Below, one piece after another: positions 48,040 to 60,905 of a stretch of DNA of 64,000 nt (position 1 is its first letter; each line of letters opens with the position of its first letter). Origin of the DNA: Octopus sinensis (taxonomy: Eukaryota); assembly GCF_006345805.1 (NCBI RefSeq), contig NC_043002.1:45198001-45262000 (forward strand), in the 5' to 3' direction. Under the pieces are notes generated by a model. The model was not told the origin of the DNA. It made no database searches and saw only the letters and a list, made by a program, of their open reading frames with translations. Both the position numbers and the translations under genes were made by a program.

Positions 48040-48087
48040 GTCTTATAGCTGTTTCTGGGATATTATGAATATCCCTTCATCAGAGAT
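48040..48087 (-). ncRNA. Minimal hammerhead-ribozyme-like motif in a Penelope-like relic
   Basis: Sense TCT-CTGATGA-AGGGATATT-CAT-AATATCCCA-GAAAC-AGCT-ATA-AGAC: intact CUGAUGA and GAAA core with a perfect 8-bp stem II; two positions deviate from the consensus. Confidence 0.6.
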
Positions 48088-48765
48088 GATGTGAGGTGGT
48101 TAAATAAAGGTAAATATTTCAGTTCGAAATAAGGAATTATTATGGAAAAAAAAAAGACAGGGGATATAGAGGGAAATAAGAGAATGAAAGTAGAAATAAA
48201 ATATAAAATATATAAAGCTATTGTAGTTGCAGTTCCATTATTCGAGGAAAGTGGTATATATAAGTGGTAAAAAAAAAAGAGGGGGGGGAGAGATGTGTAT
48301 GTTTAGAATGAGAAGATAGATCAAAATGAAAACAGGAAGAGAAAATGAGAGAAAGAAAGAAAGAAAAAAAGAGAGAGAGAAAAGAAAAAATGAAAAAACA
48401 AAAAATGTGAAGTAATGGTGAAAGAAGTGAGATAAGGAGTGTTAGTTGGTGGTCAAGATAATGTGAGGGGAGGATGAGAGAGGAGAGGGGAGGGATAGGA
48501 AGAGATTAAAGTTAAGAAGTGAATAAGTGTAAGATATATGAGTAGGGTGATATTGTAGAGCTGCATTAAGGGATGGGTAGAGAAAAAGTATAGGTGGAGT
48601 AATACCAAACTGAGTAGTAGTTTTAAAATGAAGGGAAGAATATAAAGATGTCAAATTTCTATAAATAGAGCTATGTGATAGGATAGGTTAGTGTGACAGA
48701 TATCAGAGAGGAGGAAAGAAGGTATAATGACATACGTACGCGCACACACGTACATATATACCTAC

Positions 48766-48820
<55 letters not shown>

Positions 48821-49575
48821 TCAGATGCATACACATACATATAAATATATATACAGCTATAGATGCATGCTCACACGCATCTAAAAATACATTCGTACAC
48901 GCATATACGTACGCATACATATGCACATACATGCAGACGCACATACAAGCGCGCAAGCGCACACGCGTTTACACCGTCACACGCGGACATACAGGTACAC
49001 ACGACTGCTTTTGGGAGTAAAATCATTTTTCCGTTCTAATGAACTTGGATATGGTTTTCTTATATGATTTTGTATAGTCCTAATTCAGCCATGAAACGCG
49101 CGTAGTCGATGTACAGGTACTTACTGTTATACATTATATTATTGTATTATTTTTTATTATTTAATTTATACTTTATTTGCTTTTAGATTAATATTTTTAT
49201 GATGAATGTTTCTTTGTATGGTATTCACTGTGATTTTAAAAGTATTTGCTTTTATATATTATATGATTGTATTAATCTTACTGTTCAATATAATATATTA
49301 TTAAAATTTTAGATTAGTATTTTGAATGGTATATGTGAAACAGCATGGTTTTGGACAGGTTCTTCATTGACTGAGTTTATGGAATGGTGGTTCGTCTCTA
49401 AATTAGTTATATACATATATTATGTATACATTATATATATATTATATGTATGTTATATGTATATTACGAAATTCGGTCTAATATTATTATACTGAATTTT
49501 ACCTGAAATGTTGGAATAATAATTTATTCCCTAATATTATATGTGTGTGTATACATTGTGTGTGTGTGCATATTA

Positions 49576-49633
<58 letters not shown>

Positions 49634-49634
49634 G

Positions 49635-49690
<56 letters not shown>

Positions 49691-49772
49691 ATATATACGA
49701 ATGTATCGGTTGTCAAGCGATGGCTGGAGAAAAAAAAGACACAAACACATTGCACACATAAACACACATATA

Positions 49773-49925
49773 TTCTGTTTCCGTATGCTAAATTCACTCA
49801 CAAGGCTTTGGTCGGCCCAAGGCTATAGTAGATGACACTTGCCGAAGGTGACACGCAGTGGGACTGAACCCGAGACCATATGGTTGAGAAGTAAGCTCCT
49901 TACCACACAAGCCACGCCTGCACCT
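49773..49925 (-). mobile_element. Third-family SINE
   Basis: Homologous to 34918-35070. Confidence 0.8.
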
Positions 49926-49974
49926 CATATACATATGTACGTATGTATATAAATGTGTATGTGTGTAACATTGG

Positions 49975-50278
49975 TAATCCGTCAATTACGACGACGTTGG
50001 TTTCAGTTGATCCGATCAGCGGAATAGCCTGCCCATGAAATCAACGTGCGAGTGGCTGAACACTCCGCAGACACGCGTACCATTAACGTAGTTCCCACAG
50101 AGATTCAGGGTGACACAGAATGTGACAAGGTCGAACCTTTGAAATACAGATACTCCTTAGTTTTCCCAGCTGAGTAGGCTGGATCAACGTGAAATAAAGT
50201 GTCTTGCTCAAGGACACAACGCACCCCTGACCTTACGATCGTGAGCTGAATATCCTGGCCACTAACTCACGCGCCTTT
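49975..50278 (-). mobile_element. tRNA-derived SINE, fourth family (copy at 60070-60275 +)
   Basis: Shared AAGGCGCGTG..TTAGTGG...TTGTGTCCTT.AGCAAGACACTTTATTTCAC. Confidence 0.75.
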
Positions 50279-50293
50279 AGTATATGTGTATAT

Positions 50294-50455
50294 AGGGGCA
50301 GGCGTGGCCGTATGGTAAGAAGCTTGCTTCCAAAACACATGGTCCCGCGTTCAGTCCCACCGCGTTGCATCTTGGGCAACTTCTACTGTTGCCTCGGGCC
50401 GATCAAAGCCTTGTGAGTGGATTTGGGAGACGGAAACTGAAAAGAAACCCGTCGT
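50294..50455 (+). mobile_element. Third-family SINE followed by (GT)n
   Basis: Homologous to 34918-35070. Confidence 0.8.
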
Positions 50456-50466
50456 GTGTGTGTGTG

Positions 50467-50553
<87 letters not shown>

Positions 50554-52620
50554 ATGTGTGTGTGTAGTGCGCGATTTTATACATACAAATATTTTCATGT
50601 ATATATAAATAAAATACATGAATTTGCTAGATATGTCCTTTAGAAATGTAATTGACAACGAGAAACGGTTTTATTTCTTCGGAACGTACTTAAAAAGGCA
50701 AAATCTTTAATTCACATAAGACATGATGTTTTATTTTGATATATTTTTTTTTCTTACCTGCCTGAGTTACTTTGGAAATCTAAATTCAAATAAGCATTCA
50801 AATGTTAAATCAAAATATATTAGTGGAATGTAGAATGTATTTTATTTATATGCTATTTTGGCTAAAGTAATGGTTGTAGGCTTATTTGCTTAATACGATT
50901 TCTCTTTATGCTACTCAAAATAATTGTTGATGTTAAACAAAAAAATTCTGTAGAATTATCAAAAATTTTTAAATAAGAAGAGAAAGGAAAATGCAGTTGT
51001 TAAAATAAAACATATGAGCTTCCTTCTTTTTGGTTTTATAGTGCTTTTTTAATTTTTTTTATTTCGAAGACACTTTATTATCGACACATTTCTGTAAAAA
51101 TTATAGAGTTGCTATTTTCAGATTTCTTTGTTTGATCTAACATTTTTTTAATGAATATTTTCATTACAACACGGTATTGTATTGACAGAAACACGAGAAC
51201 ATCAGACTAAATTCCTTAAATTATTTAATTTTATCCTCAAGGCTGAATTTTCTTTTCTTCCTTCCGGTGATGCTAAACTAAGATCAAGTAATTATCTTGT
51301 ATTGACAGTATTCATTTTGTCTCCAACAACAAACTGAGCTTACTATTGAATCGAAATAATTCAATTGTATGACAGTAAGAGCTATGAATTCAGAGAATTG
51401 GCAAAGCGCCAGGACAATATTTTCTTTAAATTTCCGGCCACGATTACACGTGGTGCAACTTAAACTACTATAAATCTTCACTTCCTTCAAACATTGATAC
51501 CCTACTCACTCAAACGATATACAAATTTTAAGATAATTCAAACGGAAGTCAGACAGCGACCATAGTTTAACATGCAGTTGAGACAGTTTATTCCACTTTC
51601 GTTACAACATAGGATTACAAATATTTTGGTTAAATAAATATAGGATTGCAAGTATAGTCAATTAAATAAATCTCAGTACTTTATAACTTATTTTCTTTAT
51701 TCTTGCAGAATACAAGACGATATTTGAATCCCCCAACGTAGTTTTTCTGGTGCTTTCCCGGACTTACCAACCTAATATTTTATTTCTTCTCTCTTTAGAC
51801 CAAATATTTCAAAGTACATTGTGCATATACGACTTTAGAACAAATTTAGGTTACGTTAAGCGTTCTAGGCATAAAGGCTAGAGTTTGGGTAATTTATATG
51901 TTGTGAAGTCCAAGATATTTTTCCAAGTTTGCTAGTTATAGATGCAGCTTAATCATTCAAGCTGCTATATACTCTTAAGACATTCAGATACGTGGCTTGA
52001 CTGTCCAAATACTTATAATCGTAAATTATATGTGTGGTGTTTTCTTATATGTTTCCTTTCGGTTTCGTATAGAATAACTGTTGATTACGTTACAAAATAT
52101 TTCCTCGGTAAAAATATTTTTTGCGTTTAGTTCAGGGTGACCTGACATTTCAGTATGTACTTATATATAAATCTAATGCTATTGAGCTCTTAGTGAAATA
52201 CATGTATATTTGTTTATGTTTAAGAAAATATGCGATTATTATATTCTATACCGTTCTATTCTTACGAGTACTGAAGTAAAAATATCGAGATACACAGAAA
52301 TATATAATGTATATCGATAAATTTGGGCTTAGTTGCTTTATATTTTCAGAAAACATTATGCAAGCACATGCACACGGAAAATTTGCACACCTTCGCCTAT
52401 ACACACGTAAACGTACGTACAAACTTATACATTCTTGCTGCATTGAGATTGTTTTTGCATTCAAAACTTACATACCTCCAGGAAGTGTGTGTTTGAAAAA
52501 ATAGAACTCACTACTTATGACAATATATCTTTTATTTGGCTGTAAAGTTGCATAAGTGATTCCAGGGCTGTCATGCATTGCACATTTTTGATCTTTGTGT
52601 AACTTGTGTAACTTTACACC

Positions 52621-52691
<71 letters not shown>

Positions 52692-53479
52692 GAGATTAAT
52701 AAATGACAAGGAAGTTATGTAATAAACTTCCTTAGCTTACAGCTGTTTTAAGCATATCTATAAGATGCAATATGCTCATACTTGAGTCTTTATGTCTCAC
52801 CCAATAGTTTCGTCGGAACTTCAAAAATGAAATCAAATTGTATTTAGGAAAGCTTTTTATACATGTGGAAAAGATCACCATCGAAATGAAGTAAAATAAA
52901 ATTTGACCACGATACTTTCGATAGAGATAAATGTTTTCCCAAATAAAATTGCACTTCATTTTTGAAGTTTCGAATAAGCTATAGGGTGATACATAAGAAT
53001 CATATCTGAGTTGATTCTGCATCTCACAGCAGAAACAGCTGTTAGCAAATGAAGTTCATTCTTTGTTTCCTAGTCATTTATATAACTTTTTATCACATTC
53101 TGTACTTGACTAACGCTTTTTTTTCTTAAGCATATGTATATTGAGCTCTAACATCAGATAATTAGTATCGCTATGCCTTAGTGAAATATTAATGTATAAA
53201 GCAGTAAGAAACTCCAAGGAGAGCTAAACAGTAGAAGGCTTCCTGTGAAGAAACCCCACACGCCTTATGCAAGTGTTTCGGCTTTTTACTTCTTACACTG
53301 TAAGAGACCCAGGTTGCATGTACATCATGGCTCTTGGATAGATCTCTGCTTCTTTCTGTACTACTGTTGCATTTGCAACCTGCACCTTCCTGGGTGGTCA
53401 AAGTACCCCAGAGCCAAGGAACCTTGGATGTCGTAAGTACTTCGGTCCTTGACACGAACGTAAGGTAAATTATGCCTTC

Positions 53480-55640
53480 TGAAATTTGCTTTCATTCGTC
53501 ATTGGACAGATCCAGTTGGAATTCTTCTCAGCTACCTCTATAGCATTAAGAGATTTGGTTCTCTTTTTTCCAGAAATTGTGTGCCGTTTCATAAGATCGT
53601 AGCCAGATTTTCCCACCAATCCATTTGGCTTGCGTGCCAGATTCTCTAAATTTGGCAACTAAACTGACAAGTATCTCAATCTTGTAGGAGTGGATTCCCA
53701 CCAATATGCTCTTATATGGCACAATAAGTTAATCAGCTTCACTTGCTTTGATGAAAATATGTGAAATACAACATCCTGTCTCATACTACTCTTGCTGGTG
53801 ATATCTGGGGGATTTTCCATTCTGGAAGGTCTGATGTGTGTACCCAGTCATCTGCCCTATCTAGTTTCCCCTGCTCTACTTCCAAGAATCAATTGGCACA
53901 GCTGTTTTAGGCCACAAAACTTTACCTCCCACCGTGTGAAAGATTGGTACAACTTCTAATTGAGTCGTCTTCTATCTCACAGTAAAACTCACATGTAAGA
54001 TTACTTCAAGCTCTTGATCGTGTCTCCATTTGTACTTTCCTTGGGCTATCGCGACTTTGCATCAGCTTACATGTTCTAAAGCTTGTTTACCTTGGCAGAA
54101 TGGGCATGCAGAGTTGTCTAATTTCCTCCACCTCACTAGGTTTGTATTTGTGTACAGACGGCCAAATATAGATCTGAGAATGCAGCTGATTTTTAGAGGA
54201 GCCATTTGCCATTCATTATTCCAGCATTTTTTGGTTTACACTCTCCCACAATGTCAATTGTTCCTGTTTGCCCTGCTGGACTGCCTTCTGGATTCTCTTG
54301 ACATCGTCTTACCCCGTCATTTCCTTGATTTTCCTCCTTGATTTCCCTTTCACCTTTGAATACCAGTCCATTGGCTCTAGTCGTAGCTTATTGATCAGCG
54401 AGTGTGCCATATTGCCCAAAACAGGAAGTGCTCTTTTGCTGCACCCACGTCCCACAAAAACTTCCATTTTCTGCCAGTCCTCAGATTGATCCCATAGCGT
54501 TACCTTTGTATTCTTCAAGTATACACAAGAGCTTTTAACAGCTTTGTACTTTTCCACGGTGAACTTTAGGAGTAGGTTCAGCTCTCCTAGGCGATAGTAG
54601 TGAGCAACATCAAGTGAGACACTGAACCATTTCCTCGTGTATTTCTTAATCTTGGCTTCCATCATTTCTATTGTGCTAGTACTGATGCCGTATATTAGCA
54701 AAAACCCAAGGGGTTTTGGTATTTACATGAACTGCAGGTACCAGACTGTGCTTGCCAGAGAGGTTACTTAGAACTATTACATTCAGTTTGCTTAGTTTCG
54801 TTTCCTATTGTGTCATTCAAGAAGTTGTCATATCAAAGATTCCTGAGTTGGTTAATCTACAGTGAACAATATTCTAACAGCTACCTTCCACTTCCGTCCC
54901 CTTCCGTAGTGAGATGCTCGGCATCTTCTCGTGTTTGAAATTCGTTTAAGAAGAATTACTTCATATGACTGCTTCAGTATCCTATGTGTCTCATCTTCCC
55001 TTGTAGAAAAAAAGGCTCTTTTAGGGGGCATTCAGTATCCATTTTCAAAGCCTTCCGGACACGAGCCACTCAAATCTACTTCACTTCCATTACAAGCACA
55101 AAATATATTGAATAAATGGTAGCTCATTGCTATGCCACCTTCCAGATTTACTTGCCAAATCATCGCGGCTGCTTTATGTATCCAAACATTCCGAAGGTAC
55201 CTCCTTTCTGGACAGACATATCAAGTTACTTATTCCCTGTGAGATGTTTTAACTTTGCTAACATAACAGAAGATTTTTCCTTCAACATTCAGAAGTGATT
55301 TGGGCCAGAACTGATTGATGTTACACGAGTTTTCTTCTTTGGGAGTAAACACTCCGTCAGTTATAATCCACTAGCTGTTGATCTTCAGTTTTTCTATGCT
55401 AACTTTAAATTTTGGAGTCATTCAAGAACATTGGAACATTTTTTTAGACAGCACATGAGGAATGCCATTTAGCCCTAATGATAATTCGCCTCTGGCTTTC
55501 TGAACAACTATCCTTATTTCACTCAGTGATAGTGGTTTGTTGGTGAACATTTCTTCTTACATTGCTAGCTATATCAGACCCTGGACCTCGGGTAGTACCA
55601 TGCGAAGAGAATCGGAAAAATTCTTTTTTTGGTTTCCAAA
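53480..55640 (-). mobile_element. Decayed R2-superfamily (HERO-like) non-LTR retrotransposon with restriction-like endonuclease
   Basis: Manual translation: INQFWPKSLLNVEGKIF (~55265-55320, RT start); LIYGISTSTIEMMEAKIKKYTRKWF (thumb); CPFCQGKQALEHVS*C...QGKYKWRHDQ (CCHC + RHD, 54010-54120); C-terminal ...AEKNSNWI. Many stops and frameshifts. Confidence 0.78.
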
Positions 55641-55819
55641 GATGAGATCTTGAGTCTTGTTATTTTGCTGATAATGCTTTTCGCTAATGATACTTTTCGC
55701 TAATAATGTTTTTCGCTGATAATGCTTTTTTCTGATAATGCTTTGCTTGGAGTACTGAGTCTTGCTTTCAGATCTTTCGGAGCTTCTTCAACACTCGAAT
55801 TTCAAAATTTGATGCAGTC

Positions 55820-55940
55820 TTTAACTGAAAGATAAAATGACCCTCGACAGAATTTGAACCCAAATCAGAACGTACAGACGGACGAAATACTGCAAAGCAT
55901 TTTGCCCGGAGTGCTCACGATTTTGCCAATTCGCCGCTTT
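55820..55940 (-). mobile_element. Old-type SINE head fragment
   Basis: GAATTTGAAC...GACGAAATACTGCAAAGCATTTTGCCCGGAGTGCTCACGATTTTGCC. Confidence 0.7.
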
Positions 55941-56245
55941 AAGCAATGAGTAAATAGTGTTATACACATACACAGAGTGAGAGAGAAATATACAAAGAAA
56001 AAGAAGGGAGGAAGAAAATGACATAGTTGTTAGAGTGTGAGAGAGAGAGACAGAGAGAGAGATAGAATGAAAGTATAACAGTTCAGAACAATACGATAAA
56101 ACGTAAAAATATAGTAAAAATAAAGGTTATAAACGAAATAGAGAGAGAAGACCTGAAAGAGAAGGGACTGGACAGAGGAGAGGGAGTTGGGGAGATGGTG
56201 ATAAGGAGAGGGATAGACAGAGAAGGGAAAGCAGTCATGTATAAA

Positions 56246-57027
56246 TGTATTATGGAAGAAATTGAAGCATATATTTGAAAAGTTACTTTTGTTTAAAATA
56301 ACGGATCAAAGGGAAAAAGGTGTAATAAAGACGAGGATCATTATATAAAAAGATAGCAGACATGTTTTATAGAGTTGAATACACCTAAATTAAAATATGT
56401 TCGTATCAAATATAGACATACAGCAATACACGCACGCGTATATATTGTGTGTAGGGGTGTATTTCACGTTATTTCGAAAGTTTATAAATTATTATTATTA
56501 TTATTATTATTATTAGATATGTATATATATATATATGTATGTATGTATGTGTGTATGTATGTATATATATATATATATATATGTATATGTATTATGGAAG
56601 AAATTGAAGCATATATTTGAAAAGTTACTTTTGTTTAAAATAACGGATCAAAGGGAAAAAGGTGTGTATAAAGACGAGGATCATTATATAAAAAGATAGC
56701 AGACATGTTTTATAGAGTTGAATACACCTAAATTAAAATATGTTCGTATCAAATATAGACATACAGCAATACACGCACGCGTATATATTGTGTGTAGGGG
56801 TGTATTTCACGTTATTTCGAAAGTTATAAATTATTATTATATTATTATTATTATTAGATATGTATATATATATATATGTATGTATGTATGTGTGTATGTA
56901 TGTATATATATATATATATATATGTATGTATATGGAAGAAATTGAAGCATATATTTGAAAAGTTACTTTTGTTTAAAATAACGGATCAAAGGGAAAAAGG
57001 TGTAATAAAGACGAGGATCATTATATA
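56246..57027. repeat. ~343-bp tandem duplication, ~2.3 copies
   Basis: The unit starting TGTATTATGGAAGAAATTGAAGC recurs at ~56246, ~56588 and ~56927; duplicated ORFs start at 56375 and 56718. Confidence 0.9.
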
Positions 57028-57029
57028 AT

Positions 57030-57260
57030 CTGCACAGATCCCAGATAAAAATTCCCCAAAACAGAAAAATAGCTTTTAGCCAACACATAGATACTTGCGC
57101 CAACAAAAAAACACCAAACTTCAGAATTTTCCCCCTCTACCAATTTAGGGACGATACAACCTCGAGACAACGAATAAGTAAAGAAAATCTCTTTATTACA
57201 AAATACAAGCCACTTCTAAACGGGTCTACGACAAGCAATTAATATACCTCAACTTTAGAA
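57030..57260 (+). mobile_element. Penelope-like GIY-YIG C-terminal relic
   Basis: Degenerate ...SQHIDTCA...FRIFPLYQ...KENLFITKYKPLLN. Confidence 0.55.
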
Positions 57261-57359
57261 TAAAAGAAAAATATATATACACACACAAATATTACACTCC
57301 ATAGAATTCATTACTAATCAGCCCCTTCATAGCTATACTTACACCCATTCATATTCCTC

Positions 57360-57600
57360 CTTCTCTGTTTTTTTCTTCTTCTTCTTCTTCCTCTTCTTCT
57401 TCATCATCATCATTATCATCATCGTCGTCATCATCATCATCACCACCATCATCACCACCATCTTCTCCTTCTCCTCCTTCTTCTTCTTCTTCTTCATCAT
57501 CATCATTATCATCATCATCGTCGTCATAATCATCACCACCACCACCATCATCGTCATCTTCTCCTTCTCCTTCTTCTCTTCTTCTTCTTCTTCTTCTACT
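57360..57600. repeat. (CTT)n/(CAT)n trinucleotide low-complexity tract
   Basis: Direct inspection. Confidence 0.9.
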
Positions 57601-60069
57601 TCTCCACCCCCACCCCTTAACTTTGTCACTAATGTTTTTTAGTATAACACCTACGCTAATTCTATAAACAAGCCTGTCAATATAAATATTCTCCTGAATT
57701 GAACCTAGACTGCCAGCCGCCACTGACCATTCAAAATACGACCATCAGGGCACTCCCAGATTCTCCCATCCCCCTTTCCCCACCAGCCTTCTTCCTCTAC
57801 TACCCTTCCAAGAACTCACAACGACCTCCGACACACAAGTGCAAACAAGGGAGTCAGAGAAAGGCAGAATGCCACTTAAATCTGAACACTACTATAGAAA
57901 TATTCTTTTAAAAAAACTTTTCTTCTAATTTTTCTAAATTTAATTATTTAATCGTTACAGTTGAAAAGGTCTCAAAATGACCGAAACCGGTACTGAAATG
58001 TTCACTATAAAATTATTTTAGCATTTTCTATTTTTGACTTGTTTTTTCATATATATATATATAATATATATATATGCAAACTCTGTTAACTGCAAGTTTT
58101 AATTATCTATATTGAGCAGCTGGATGAGAAATTTTATTTCTCATACAATATCTTACAATATTTGCAATTGAATTAAATAGAAACCAAATAGATCAGTACA
58201 TCAATATCCCACTGACCTTAGCAATGAAGATTCTGCAGCATAAATATAGCATTTGCCGTCACAACATAAGGCAGATTCAGATAAACCAGAAAAGAAATCT
58301 CGAGAATTAGTGAATTTAACTGACTACAAACTTGTGTGTGTTTTTCTAAACATTTGTGTAGGTTTGAAAATAATGCTACAATATCAGCAACAGAATGTTT
58401 TCAGTTTTGTTTTGCTTTTGTTTTTGTTTTTATCAAATTCAAATATGGAAAAATCTTTTTAAAGCCCAACGTGGCTCAGACGTCTTTTGTGGATTTAAGA
58501 AAACTGAGTATTGATTCAAGTATAGCTTCAGAGATCAGAAAAGTTTGATTTCGTCATTAGGTTTGACGTCGTTTTGTATAAAATATATCTTGTCATTCTT
58601 GTGCACAGAAAATAAAACGTTTGCGAAAGTTTACCTGTAGTAAAATTCAGGTAGATTGAGAAAAGCTTTCATGTTCAATTATGATTTAATTATCATTCAC
58701 CAGAATCTGTCTACTTTTCTCATATTTTATCAAAACCATATTTTTCTTCAAAGAAGGAAAACTAAAACTTTAAAATTTCATTTAGTATAATTATCTTTAT
58801 TGCAATAAGTTTATTAAGAATTTAAGTTTCATTTGGACCCTAAAGATTTAGTCTATCGAAGTTTCTCTTAACCGAGGCCTCGAAAGTAGTCATGTTGTCC
58901 CTTGTAAAATAACATAAAGGGACTTTTCCCGTCACTTTGCTATTAAAGTAACAGCAATCAAAATGTTATGAAATGAATATCATTGAGAAAAATTCTTAAT
59001 AGAAATAACTTGAATGATAAAAAATAATGTATTGATATAAGCAAAATTACCTTCATTTTCCGCATTAGTTAGTTTTTTCGTATTAATTCAATCAGTTTTC
59101 AAGAATTTCATTTGGAAAAATAATAGATTAAACTTTGAGAATAGTCAAATTTGCCTGTGCGTAAATTGTAGTGTTAACATATATACCATGCACACTTCGT
59201 TTTAAGCATTCGTAGGTATATCCTAAGAAAATCATATCACAAAAGTCGCTTTATTTTATTTCAACCTCATAAAATGTCAGAAGAAAAATGTAACGTCAAC
59301 TATTGAAGTAGAAATAGTCATGTATCAAAACACATAATTTTTATACAGATAAAGAGTGAATGTGATCAATCTGTCAAGACACTGTTGCGTTGCATTAGTT
59401 GATAATGACGACCGATGAGCACTTGACAAAGCTTGACAACATTTTAAAACTGTTTACAGCAGTTATGAGAATTTTTTCTTTTTAATACATATTTAATGTC
59501 AGAAAGCTGTCTCTTACATCGACACAGTTACAACCATAAGAATAACACTCTTGCAGATTATTCCTTGCTTTGAGTACAAGTGAAAGATAAAATGAAACAA
59601 AACATACTAGCAACGAACAACATTAAGAGCTGGAGATGTCTGTCCATGATCATAACGAACTGGAAGAGATACTTGTACTGCCACTTTTCCACTACATAAA
59701 ATCCCACATTTATAATAGAGACTGATGCTTCTTACTTTTCTCATGAATACGTGTGTTAGAACTTAGCAAATATTAATCTTTTAAATAAAATATGCCAGGG
59801 TATGTCATCTTTTTCACAATTCAGAGTCAAAACACTCAGCTCATGAAATTGTTAGTCCGTAGTAACTGGTCACCAAGAAGGACACAGACTAGATTTCAGT
59901 ACATTACCTCAAACCTGGATGGCTACACTGCCTTGTTAAAAACCAACTGTTACAAAAGTTAAAGCCAACGAAGATAAGGGAATACTCTAGATATCAGTAT
60001 TCATAGATGTAAACCTCTTTATTGCTACTTTTTAATTTGCTTTGTTTTTTGAGACTTAGTATTCACATG

Positions 60070-60275
60070 TGAAGGCGCGTGGCTTAGTGGTTAGGGTATT
60101 CGGCTCACGATCGTAATGTCGCGAGTTCAATTCCCAGCAGCGCGTTGTGTCCTTAAGCAAGACACTTTATTTCACATTTCTCCAGTTCTCTCAGCTGCCA
60201 AAAATTAGTAGCAGCTGTATTTTAAAGGGCCAGCTTTGTCATATTCTGTATCATGCAGAATCTTCCTGAGAACTG
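60070..60275 (+). mobile_element. Fourth-family SINE
   Basis: A-box TGGCTTAGTGG, B-box GAGTTCAATTCC; homologous to 49975-50278. Confidence 0.78.
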
Positions 60276-60589
60276 ACATAGAGAACCGGAAGCCGTCTGA
60301 ATATTGGAAAAGAGTTACTCGCACCGAGTATTAAATTGCCGACATCATGACTGTTGTCCAATGCTCTGTGAACGCTGTAAAAACAGACTAACGTGATATG
60401 AACAGCTGAAATGAAGACTACAAAGTCGAGGTCAGTAGGAAGGGACACAGCAGGTGCCCTGACTGAGACCGGACGTCGGAATTCATCCCCACATATTTGA
60501 ACAGACATTAAGCTCAATTCAGATAGCTATGTGAAGCTGACGGAGACTGTGGTCAAAACTTAGCTGAAGATGATTACTGCTAGAAGGCT

Positions 60590-60905
60590 ATGTGTGGCAG
60601 CAGGATTCTGTTCCTTGCCATACCTCCGGAAAGAATCAGAAGTGGTTGTCACAGATTTCTACTTCACCAGCCCTTATTTCTTGCCTCATAATTCTCCGAC
60701 TGTAATCCCATGGATTATTATGTGCGGAGTGCAATCGAGAAAGACACCAACATCTCTGGCTGCAACACCAATGGCGAGATCAAAGAGATGTTCGAGGATC
60801 TTCCTGGAAACACAGTGAGAAACGCATGCGATAGGTTCCGAAGCCGTTTTGAGGCCATGGTTGAAGCTGAGGGTGGATACTTTTATCTCCCAGCTATAAT
60901 CTAGT
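60590..60905 (+). pseudogene. Tc1/mariner (maT/DD37D-like) transposase C-terminal fragment
   Basis: NSPDCNPMDYYVRSAIEKDTN...RNACDRFRSRFEAMVEAEGGYF resembles the WPPxSPDLNPxDYxVW...ACxxFRxRLEAVIxAxGGY pattern; frameshifted. Confidence 0.75.

Noticed and set aside
51284-51490. ORF ending ...DSIVSSVCCWRQ as a GPCR tail exon
   Set aside because: Resemblance is too slight and there is no supporting upstream transmembrane sequence or splice context.
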